A DNA stretch of 64,000 nt from Nymphaea colorata (lineage: Eukaryota): contig NC_045138.2 of the NCBI RefSeq assembly GCF_008831285.2, positions 9,176,001-9,240,000 of the forward strand, read 5' to 3'. Positions within the stretch are counted from its first letter, which is position 1. Each line of letters starts with the position of its first letter. Positions 1 through 10,913 of the stretch are shown here, piece after piece. Position numbers and translations under genes: made by a program. The notes beneath the pieces are model-generated. The model was not told the origin of the DNA, made no database searches, and worked only from the letters and a program-made list of their open reading frames with translations.

Positions 1-1220
1 CCCATGACCCTGCGCACCCACCTTTTAATCACAGCCCATTCGATCGTCTTCCTCTTGCAGGGTTGCAGAAATCACGTCCCCTCATCAGTGTGCTCACCGC
101 CAGCACTTTAGCAGCATTCATCTTCTGCCAAGTTTGAGCCAGTCGACTGAAGCTAGATGACCCTCTTGCTTCCTGTGTGTTCCTGTTTCAGGTCATATTT
201 CTCTCCTGCTTTCTCTCTGTTTTTCTCTTGTTTTTTCCTACCCCTTCCTTTCCCACCGGGTGCAGCCTCTCTTCCTCCCTCTCTCTCACACAGTTTTCGC
301 CCACCATCGCCGTCGCTTCTTCGCACAGGTACGCCTCTCTCTCTCGGCGATGCGCCTCTCGATGCGTCTGTGTGTATTTTTTCTTTTTTAAATTCATCTT
401 TCTTCGCTGTTGCCGTGTGACTCTCTCCTCAGCAGCCACCGAAAGCCACCGGCGAATGGGTTTGTTGGATGAATTGGAAATCTTGGAGGTAACTTTGTTT
501 CAAGATTTTCAGTCTACGTTTTTCTTTCTTTAATCATGGGTAAGAGAGTTAAGAGGGAAACCTTGGCAAACAAATTCTTCTACTCAAGAAATGACATGTT
601 TTATTTGTGGAATTTCTCAGTGGTAAAGTATGATAAAAAGAGGAACTGTTAACAATTGCAGAAAGAAATTAAAATCTGAAAAGAGAAATTTCATCCATTT
701 CAAGTTTAATTTGAAAGGAAGCTTTATTTTCCAGGTGACTTCAGTCCTTTGGGTTCAATTCCCATTTTTTGCTTGGTGGCTTGAAATATGTGGTTTCTCG
801 TGAATACACTTGGCCGAGAATCTCAGTTTTTACCAGGTTGTTGATTGGTTTAGCCATGATATTCCTGGTCGTGTTGCCTGGATTTTTTTTGTCCATTTCT
901 CATTCCTCTATTCAAGTGCCTGAGTTCTTTCTTGTGGTTGTTTTCTGATGACCATATGATAGTCATTAGTCATTCATCTTGTAATGCACCATATGGTAAA
1001 TACAAGTAAAATCCAATATGTTTCAGTTTTTATTTTCCACAGTTAGTTTCATCCAATACGAATCATTATGCATAACCATGAATTAAGAGTCAAGGATCGT
1101 TTCTTGATAGTTCACCAGTGGCACCGCCAAATTCATGTCCATAGTACATGATTGCCATAGGTGAGAGGGAGAGAGAATGAAAGGATTTCACTTCATTTTA
1201 TTGTGAAGAAAATACAGTTC

Positions 1221-1226
<6 letters not shown>

Positions 1227-1294
<68 letters not shown>
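1227..1294. repeat. Compound microsatellite (GT)n followed by (GA)n
   Basis: gtgtgt... run with one interruption, then gagagagagagagag, read directly. Confidence 0.95.
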
Positions 1295-1295
<1 letters not shown>

Positions 1296-1993
1296 CCTTC
1301 TGTTTTTTCTTCTTCCATAGGTCATCTATTCATCTTTGTCAGCATCAGCAACTTGTTTTTTTTTCTTCTGTTTCTTCTTTTTTCCACCAATCCCTTTTAT
1401 TTTCTACTTCTCTTGCCCCCAAAAAATTCCTTATCTGCTCTTCTTTTACTATTCCGTTTATTTCATCTTTATGTATCCATTTTTTTCCGTTGCTGTTTTT
1501 CTGTCATCGTTTTGAGACTTTTTTTCCTGTGTAAATTAGTGTTTATTGCTTTTTCCCTCTCTGCTTTTATTGTATTTTTTCTTTTTGTCTTTATTTATTT
1601 CCTTTTTGTTCACTTCTGTTTATCTGTCATCATTTCGAACTTCATTTTTTCCATGTAAATTAGTGTTTATTGTATTTTTGTTCTGATATGTGTTCTTTCT
1701 AGTTTGCAGATTTCTTGCATGTGTACTGACACTCTTATTCATGATTTTGTTATTAACTATGAATTTTGACATAATAAATGTTGGCTGGCTATATATTTTG
1801 ATTAAGAATATATTTTTTACTATGATTTTGACAATTTGTTAAGGACACGTTTTGCTATTTTTTTGGGTTGTCTAAGCAACTGCCTAGATCATGCCAAGGC
1901 TTTTCAGTTTTGACAATATGGACTTTGGTTTATTGGATCAAAGGTTTAAAATGTGGTCCTTTTACGTGTAAGGAAGGAGCAATTGAGCGGGAG

Positions 1994-2036
1994 ATGGATT
2001 CACAGCAGCCTGAACCAGTGAGCTACATCTGTGGAG
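1994..2036 (+). pseudogene. NRPB12: First coding exon of an RNA polymerase subunit 12 (RPB12/RPABC4 family) gene; downstream exons not found, so probably a gene fragment
   Basis: ATG at 1994 gives MDSQQPEPVSYICG+G, then a GTAAAC donor at 2037. This matches the plant RPB12 N-terminus (MD..PEPV.Y.CGDCG) with a phase-1 intron before DCG. I found no DCG..EN.LK..D.IQCRECGYRILYKKRT exon on + before the RRP5 start. Confidence 0.7.
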
Positions 2037-2107
2037 GTAAACTCCGGCAAAATCCTCTTGAACTGAGAATTTTCTATATACTTGTTATTGGTATTTTTCC
2101 CATTTCA

Positions 2108-2263
2108 TTTTCCCATACCATCAAACTCAGAAATATAGAATTGGAAATATATTTCTGAGTCATCACACACACACCAAAATTGGAATTGGAAAAAAAATTT
2201 CCATTCTATTTTTCCATTTCCTATATTTCCAGAAATATATTTCCAGGCCATCAAACGGCCCCT
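2108..2263. mobile_element. MITE fragment with a Tourist/PIF-like right end
   Basis: Internal inverted pair ggaaatatatttctg / cagaaatatatttcc; ends in ccatcaaacggcccc. Left terminus not seen. Confidence 0.4.
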
Positions 2264-3319
2264 TGAGGAATATGGGTTCATACAATCCAAAACTGAGCAT
2301 ACTCTATCCACTTTTAGACGTAGTAAAATTTTTATTGTGGGTAATGTAGAAGAAGCAACTGTCAGTTTCAAAGCCTTTTTATGCAAAAAAAAAAATCATA
2401 TGAAAGATTTAGGCAAACCCAAATATTTTTAGGAATTGAAATTACTCGCAACAACCACGACTATCACATTTACAAGCAGCATTTTGTGTCACTCGCTACC
2501 ATAAAAAACATCCTGGTCAAGGCATTATCATGAGCAAAGAAAATAATATGTAGTGAAGTGCTTTTTGTGATTCAGATTGGGCTGCGTGTCAACAAACATG
2601 ATGTTCTATCATTGGTTATTGCATTTTTCTTAGATCGGTGCCTATATCATGGGAGACAAAGAAACAAAACACAGTATCCTGATCATCCGCAGAAGCAGAA
2701 TATAGATCCATGGTAAACATAGTATGCAAGATAACATGGTTAAGATATCTATTACTTGACTTGGATTTCAGTCAAATATCACAAGAAACAGTATACTGTG
2801 ACAACCAAGCTGCATTACAGCAAATCCAATGTTTCAGGAACGGACAAAACATATCGAAATTGACTATCATGTTGTATGAGAGAAATTGCTTCAAGGGGTA
2901 ATACGAACATGTTATATTTAAAGCAAAGATCAAATAGCCAATTTATTGACTAAGGCACTTGGAAAATAAGGTTTTAATAATCTATTATGAAAATTGGGTG
3001 TCACAAATCTTCACACATCAGTTTGAGGGGGAGTGTATAAATTAGCTGTCGTACTTAATGTTGTACCAGAGGTTGCATATACTTCAAACGACTAATTCTT
3101 GCAACGTTTAAATTCCAGTGATACTCCTCCTTCCTAGTTTAAGTGTTCTCTTCTAAAGAAAGCTTTATTAGTAAAAAGGAAATTTTTCTTGCACCATTGA
3201 AAAGAGACGTTGTAAAACAACGTGCTGGATCTTTGTATATATACCAAAGTATATAATAAAATAAATAGTTTTTACTTGCCATTTCTGTTTAGCCTCTCTT
3301 CGTTTTTATGCTTTTTTCA
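2264..3319 (+). mobile_element. Degenerate Ty1/Copia 3' remnant (RT end, RNase H, PPT, probable 3' LTR 3034-3319)
   Basis: Broken motifs MKDLGKPKYF.GIEI (~2400), [49 protein letters not shown] tgagggggag then TG at 3034; candidate CA end at 3319. Confidence 0.85.
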
Positions 3320-4100
3320 TGAAGAAGAAATTCCACAAGTGCTATAGAAGAAGCCGAGTCATGGCCTGTGTGTCCAACCGATGGAGCTCAATAGCTGGGC
3401 AGTTGGCCGCATTTGAGGCGGTCCACTAGACTCCAACCTCTAGGGAGTTGCACCCCTCCATTAAAACACTATGTGCTGCTAAGGAGATACAACTAAGAAC
3501 AAGGCACCGGCCGTCCAAGAAGCTAGAACCAAGCCGCTAGGTTCAGCAATATGATCAATAACCCCACTGTTGATGGTAATATCTTGGGTTCTACAACTCC
3601 AATTGATCTGATTAGACACTCGTTGGAAAGATAAACTAGAAGACTTTTCTTAAACCCTCAAACCGGAGCAGGGAAACATGCTCAAATATTGCCATACATA
3701 GTGCCTTTGGACACTTTGTGTGGAAGGAATAAAATAGTGATCAATCAGCCTCCTTCAGATGGTTGAATCTCAAGCTACTAAACTCCGATAAGGGTGTGTA
3801 CATACTGATCGAAAAGATAATCTAGTGAGATTTCCAACAAGGTCTAAATCTCTAAACTCGGAGTATGTTGGAAACAATGCCTATTAACACCACGCGCAAT
3901 AGGCACAACATAGTGGACATTCAGGCAAATTGAATCTGGTGCTACCAAGTCATCCAAACTCTGATTGAGGCAAATGAGCACTTTTGGAAATATAATTGAA
4001 AGGGCCTTATAATAAGGGATTATTTGCAAAATTCTTATAATAGAAACCCCTTCAAAGATGTGAGAGAACAGGGGGTTGTGCAAATGTGGCTGCTAACTTT
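3320..4100 (-). mobile_element. Probable highly decayed LINE (L1-like) reverse transcriptase remnant
   Basis: Minus-strand fragments IIFPKVL...LDDLVAP, SGLRV.EKSS and LASWTA resemble plant L1 ORF2 motifs (IISKVL..RL..L..LV.P, SGLKVN.EKS, KLASWK). Many stops and frameshifts. Confidence 0.4.
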
Positions 4101-6777
4101 GCACAGATTCTAAGAGTGCACAATAGGGGCTCTAGGTGAGCTGAGAAAGGGGTTTGGAAGGAAGGATAGATGAAATTTCTCTGGAGCAATGGGTTGGGTC
4201 AATTTAGATAGAGAGCTGGGCTGGACGTTTCACCAAATAGGTGGAGTACATTTGGTTAATGTTGTAGGGCTAAACACAAGCCAAGTCCAACCCAAGCTCG
4301 ACCTGCCTCCTGAATTGCTTGGTTCAAGCTTGACTCTAGCTCGAGACAAGCCTAACAATGTCAAAGCTTGAGCACAATGCAATAGACAGAGTCGAAGCTT
4401 GAACTTGACTCATTTAGGCTAGTCTAGTTGATGTCTTTCATTTATTAACTCCATAAGTACTAGAATAAAACAACTATAATGAGTATGCAAAACTTCAATT
4501 ACATTGCATGGTTCATGCTGGCCCCTATTTGTGTCATTGAGATGGATGACTGGTTGGAGCATTGCAGTAAGGCATTGATCATCATGACCTCGGGTATGAC
4601 TCCAAAGGAAGGGCGGGAAACGGGCTCCTGACTTTAGGTTGTGTCAGTTTGTCATCCAACCAGGTTTCGACGTTTATTTCTGCAATTCTATGCATGTCTT
4701 AGTTTTCAAGTTGAGATGAGCCAGTTCTTAAATTTAAAAATCCTTCTGTTATTGATTTGTTTCAGTTTGCCTGGGAAACACATGTGTAGAGCTTCATTTT
4801 TATTAAAAAAAAAAGTGACCTGCAACCATGAATATCTAACCAACGACCTGCACCATTCTTTAGTGTAGCCTGATAGCCTTGGGCAGAACACCTAAAAGAG
4901 GCCATGTGATATCGGTTACCTCCACCATCATACAAATACAGGATTAAGGGTGAGGGGGATCAAGTCAAGAAGAGTTTATTTGCATCGAGTTGAGACAACT
5001 AGAACTCAACTTATTAATGAGCTCAAGCTTCGGTTTAAGATTGAGTTGAACTCATGCAGCAAATGAGCTGGCTTGAACTCGAGTTTGAGCATAGCTTTAA
5101 CGAGTCGAGTTTGAGTCATTGTTCAGGTCTAATTAATGGGTAAGGGCATTGATGGGAAAAGTTGTAGGTGTGTGTTAGGAGCATCTAGTGGCTATATAGA
5201 TCACAGGGCATAACAAGAGGTGAAGACTACCAGCCACCTGATGGCTCTGATCGTTGGAAGATGGCAGGAGTTGTAGATTCCATCAAGGGAAAAGGATACA
5301 ATTGGCTTTGAGGGAACATGAAGATTCGGCAAGAGAAACTCGAATTGAGAGTTGGGGATGAGAGATTGGAGCTCAAGAGTGATAAGGCTAAAATCCATCC
5401 AGTCTGCTGGATGAAAAAATGTGGGTCTGTCAAAAAGTCACAAAGGGAGAAGGGCATCGATAAGTGGGGAAGTGAGACAATAGACCAACCTGAACATGCA
5501 TCGATGGATTGCCATGGTGCAAAGGGTGGTTGAAGGTTTTTTGGCTGCCAAAAGAGGAACCCGGTCCATTTGAATCAACCACCGCTATGGCTGCAGCTCA
5601 CCCAAAGTTGCATAAGGGAGAACCACCAGTGTGCTTGAGAGGGTAAGATTGTTGTGAGGGAGCTGTCGGTGCGTTTGCACGTCACAAGAGGTTTGCGGAA
5701 GTTGGTGTGTTGAATTTATATTTCCTTTTCCAATGTTTTTACATAAACAACATAGCTCAAGATGATTAATCAAAATGGCATTGTGCACCTTACATAGTGA
5801 AAACGATGAGTTGACCACCTGATGAAGGTAACCTAACCTCTTTACTGGCTCCAATCAGTTAACCCCCTTCTACAAGGGTGAGTTAATTGATTAAGCCAAT
5901 TTTGGTGTGCCTTAATCCTTTTTGTCACTTCACTGACCCCATTCAACGAGTTTGGACTCAGTGTCAATAGTATGGTCATCTGAGGGTCCCCCACATTACC
6001 TAATGCACACATCACCTTGTCCATTAGGAGCTGATAGTCCGGTGCACATGGCCGGGGGGAGCTCGGTTGCACCCAGAGGCTCTGTCAACCAAGCCAAGTG
6101 TTCTTTGCACTTTGGCTCTACCATGGCCATGTTGAGGATGCTTGGTCATTCCCCCAGGCCTTGGCACATCCCTATACAACACCATGCATGGCTCTTGGGT
6201 TTGCTGCAGATGCTCGATTGCACCTGCAAACTTCGGCCCATCGATCCAGCACCCAGCTTGCACTTTTGGTGCTACCAACCAATACTGGTTGAACCACATG
6301 TGCACTTTTGGTGCTACCAACCAATAATGGACTCAATTGGTGGTCGTGGCTGACACCTAGTGTCCTTGTCCAGGCATGGCCTGCCTACTACTCTCTATAG
6401 GTCTTGCTTTACTTTGTAACAGTACTCCCAAGAATTCGAGGGGTGACCAGCTAACTCCGCAGCCACCTTTTCAACTTGACTATGTCTCGCTTGCAGCTTA
6501 GTGATGCGACCTTAACCCCAGCCAGGTAGGATGGCTGAGAGTGCCAAGGAGGAACAACATGGCCTAGCATAGTATGACACATCACCGGTAAATGTAGGTT
6601 TTGAAAGGTTAGTCTATCTCTCAACCTTACCACGTACTTCGAGATGGAGTAGCAGATGGGTTCAGCCAGCATGTCTGGCCCATTTTACTATAGCTCAGCT
6701 GAAGACTGTTGGTCTCTACCCAACAAGCCTTTGGCTAAGGCTGAGACCTGAAGTAACATTTGCACAGCCACTAGGAC

Positions 6778-8765
6778 TGTCACAGGCCGACTCTTTTGAG
6801 CCATGCTTGGCCCGCGCGGCACCGAAGGCATTCCCCAAAGCCTTCGGCCAGCCTGACTCTCTCTTGAGTTAGCGGAAGCATTCATCAATCTTTTGAGACT
6901 ATGGACTAGATGAGGAGTGCAAAGCACTCGGCACACCATCACCCAGGTTTTATCCCATTGTAGACCATCGGCAAGCCGTGGCCATGAGGCCCTGTCAGAA
7001 CTTCGTCATTCCTCCAAGTGTCTATTTATTTCTATGCGAAATCTGGGTGGGGGTAGACTTCCCTTGGGAGGAAACCCCCAGCCGAAGCCAGTTGATGACT
7101 ATATGTCATTAAGTAAGACGGCCGACCATCGCCCTACTCGACGATGAGCATTCACTTGCTCACCCCCGCGTAACTCTACGCGGTTGTGGAACGCAGCATA
7201 TGCGTCCACCGGGAGAATTGCCCCTAACCCACGCGCACCCCCTTGTGCATCCAAACACTATGCGTGGGGAACCCACTGGATTCCCTAACGACGGACTTGC
7301 ACTTCCCAATGGATTGTTCACCTTGATGCATTGATTCGCTTCGTCACTTCACCACCGCGATGCACATTCCACGTACATTACTTGTTGCTTGACTTAGCGT
7401 TCGATTGATCTCACATGCTTCTCGAGCTATGCCTAAGCTGGCCAAGTAGCATATCCTTCTACTAGCTTGGTCGGGCCAGACATAGTCGACCGGCAACACT
7501 CTCCCACCGCCAAAATCGTCACTGTCCTCAGTGACTTTGCCCCGAGCGAGAGAAGTTTAGCAACCATTCCCTTGATTTCTTTTGAACTGAGCCTTCGTCT
7601 GTTCATCTGGTTGATGCACTCATCACATCGCGGCTACTTGCCTTTCAGGTGTTTTGCCTCTAGTCTATTCCTTAGCATCATCCCACTTTTCTAACACTGT
7701 TTGCACTTTTTCCTTAGTAAAGTCCGGAACATCTCCGACGACCACTAAGTTTCAAACTTCCAAGCTGTGTTGCCAACCCGTACACATGTTCCTTTCTCGA
7801 GACATGTCAACACTAAGGGCACTTGCCCTCCTAGACAATCCTTTTCCACGTCGGGTCTCACCCTATCTGTCTCAGCGAGCAGCTCTCTTGCCCCTTTTGC
7901 TCCTGATGCCCAAACACCATCTTCGGAACATGTGATCTCCATCTGGCCAACACCAACGCGGTCACCTGAACCAGTGTCCGATGAACATGCCCAAACCCTT
8001 AGGGGCACCAAACAAGCCAACATTTTTCTTTGAACCACTTGTTTGTTATCATCGCAGTGTTCTCATCTTTCAAGTTCCCTTTGAGAAATCGTCTGCTCTG
8101 ATACCACTTGTCATGCGCCGACTCTTTCGAGCCCTGCTTGGCCCATGCGGTGCCGAAGGCATTCCCCAAAGCCTTCGTCCAGCCTGACTCTCTTTTGAAT
8201 TGGCGGAAGCATTCATCAATCTTTTGAGACTATGGACTAGACGATGACCGCAAAGCACTCGACACACCATCACCCAGGTTTTATCCCATTGTAGACCATT
8301 GGCAAGCCATGGCCATGAGGTCCTGTTAGAACTTCGCCATTCCTCCAAGTGCCTATCTATTTCCATGCGAAATTTGGGTGGGGTAGACTTCCCTTGGGAG
8401 GAAGTCCCCATCTGAAGCCAGTTGACGACTATATGTCATTAAGTAAGGCAGCTGACCATCGTCCTACTCGACGATGAGCATTCACTTGCTCACCCCCGCG
8501 TGAATCTACGCGGTTGTGAAACGCAGCATATGCGTCCACTAGGGGAATTGCCCCTAACCCACGCGCACCCCCTTGTGCATCCAAACACTACGCGTGAGGA
8601 ACCCACTGGATTCCCCAACGATGGACTTGCACTTCCAAAGGGACTGTTCACCTTGATGCATTGATTTGCTTCGTCACTGTACCACCACGATGCACATTCC
8701 ACGTGCATTGTTTTTTTCTTGACTTAGCGTTCGATTGATCCCACATGCTTCCCGAGCTACGCCTA
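6778..8765 (-). mobile_element. Non-autonomous Gypsy-type LTR element A: 3' LTR 6778-7498, ~610-bp non-coding internal region, 5' LTR 8109-~8765 truncated at its U3 end
   Basis: Direct repeats 6778-7435 and 8109-8765. tRNA-iMet PBS (gctctgatacca, 8095-8106) lies next to the right LTR and PPT (ctctcccacc, 7499-7508) next to the left LTR. No gag or pol motif inside. Confidence 0.85.
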
Positions 8766-10913
8766 TGAAAGCCGAGCTACGCCTATGAAAGCCGAAAGCT
8801 GAAAGATGCAAAGCGACGGTACTCCGTGCACGAAAGAGAAATGACGACTGTTATCCATTGTCTTCGCACATAGAGCCATTATGTATTGGGATCCCAGATT
8901 GTGGTGAAGACCAACAATGTAGCCACAAGTTACTTTCATACTCAAAAGAAGTTGATTCTGAAGCAGGTCCGATGACAGGAATTCCTTGCAGAATTCGACT
9001 TCGCCTTGGAGTACAAGGCAGGGAAAACAAACGTTGTAGCCGATGCACTGAGTCGGAAGGCAGAGTTCGCAGCTACTCGGACAGCATCATCTGAAGTGCA
9101 ACTCGAGAGCGCTCTTCTTTGACGAATTCGAGAAGGCATGAAGCAGGACTCAGTGGCCAAGCACTTGGTCGAAACAGCGAAGGCAGGAAAGACGCAACGA
9201 TTCTGGCTACGAGATGGACTTTTGATGGCAAAAGGCGGACGCCAGGAGCGGATGTTGGCACTCCTCGAACGTGACTAGTACTGGCCACAAATGCGCGATG
9301 ATGTTGAAACTTATGTAGAAACATGTTTGATTTGCTAGTAGGACAAGGAAACGAATCAGAAGCCTACCGGTCTCCTGGAGCCTCTTCCTATTCCAGAACG
9401 TTCGTGGGAATGCCTCTCCATGGACTTCATTATCAGCTTACCCAAAGTTGACGGTTTCAGCTCAATTCTTGTGGTCGTGGATAGATTTTCAAAATATGCC
9501 ACCTTCATCCCAGCCTCTAAGGAATGTCCCGCGAAGAAGATGGCGGAGTTGTTCATGAAGCATATAGTCAAGCACTGGGGTTTGCCGAAAAGCATTGTCA
9601 GTGATTGGGATGCTTGCTTCAGATGGAAATTTTGGCGCGAAGTATTTCGTTTGCTGGGTTCGGATTTATTATTCTCAACAAGTTTTCACCCTCAAACAGA
9701 CGGCCAAGCTGAACGAATCAACAGATTGTTGGAACAGTACCTTCGGCACTATGTCAGCGCGAATCAAAAGGATTGAGTGAAATTATTGGATGTAGCTCAA
9801 TTTTGCTACAATTCGCAAAAGAGTGAGTCTTCTGGACATAGTCCGTTCGAGATAGCTGCTGGACAACAACCGTTGATGCCTCATACCCTTGCTGCTCAGG
9901 AGAAGGGACGACCCACTTTTGCCTACCAGTTCGTTCACGATTGGCAGGAACAGACGGAAATGGCTAAGGTGTTCTTACACAAGGCCGCCAAGAAGATGAA
10001 AAAATTTGCAGATCGAAATCGAAGGCCGCTTGAATTCCGAGTTGGTGATCAAGTCCTCGTGAAGCTTTATCCTGATCGAACGGGCATTTTCCATGGTCGA
10101 CACAGATCGTTGATCCGTAAGTATGAGGGACCCTTCACAGTACTGAAAAAAATCGGGAAGCTAGCCTACAAACTAGACTTGCCGCCAGACTTTAAGGTGC
10201 ATTCAGTGATCCACTTCTGTAACCTAAAGCCCTTTTACGTCGATGAGGAAGACCCTGAGAGAAGCATTCCAGAACGAGACCCGATCCTGCAGTGAGCCCC
10301 ATCGACCAAGCGAGCCACAGACTGCCAGATTGAAGATATTCTTTGGCACAAAACAAACTATTTGGGAGAGCCGAAGAAGTACCAAGTGAAGTGGATAGGC
10401 GAACCCAACCCCACCTAGGAGTATGCATTCCGTATGAACCAGCGTTACTCGCTGGAAGTCAAGGCCTATCATGAAACTGCTGGCGCCGAGGACGGCACTT
10501 GATTTGAAGGGGAGAGCCTGTTCCCCTGTGTCTGGAAGTCTGTACAGTCCTTTGCTTTGCACTTCCTTTGCTTATGTTGAGTCATTTGTTTATGCATGTT
10601 TACTTATAAGGGAGTACCCTCCCACCGGTCTAAGTGTCATGTATTGGGATTTCTTGTTTTGAGTGCTCGGCATGAGAATCCTATAAGCGGCTTCAGCCAT
10701 CCTACATAAGTAAAGTTGAGTTATTATCTTTGCTTATCTTTCTCGTGATGTTCTACTTTCCAAGTGAATACATTGCGAGATTTCTTTATTCACAAAGCAT
10801 TCTTTATTCACTTGTTTTCTAAAACTACCTTTGCGCCCCTTTCGGTGGTTTGAAGGCTTGCGGCAACCAAGTTCTTGCCACGCCGCACAGGCTAAAGTTG
10901 TCAGCCTGTGACA
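8761..10913 (+). mobile_element. 3' half of chromoviral Ty3/Gypsy element B (Galadriel-like): RNase H, integrase, chromodomain, PPT, 3' LTR 10519-10913
   Basis: AYESRKLKDA.RRYSVHEREM, QEFLAEFDFALEYKAGKTNVVADALSR, SMDFIISLPKVDGFSSILVVVDRFSKYATF, FHPQTDGQAER, YEGPF, chromodomain IEDIL...KYQVKWIGEPNPT.E (~10325-10420). PPT gaaggggagag; LTR TG...gtgaCA. Several stops. Confidence 0.92.

Noticed and set aside
157..1658. Phe/Leu/Ser-rich ORFs and a candidate UTR exon (donor at ~489)
   Set aside because: Compositional artefacts of T-rich and microsatellite DNA; the splice-like signals cannot be tied to any gene.
4270..5830. MITE-like gagctcaagct repeats (4270-4430, 4950-5130) and a possible LINE ORF1 remnant (5140-5830)
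   Set aside because: Too decayed; no TIR/TSD or protein motif that I can support.
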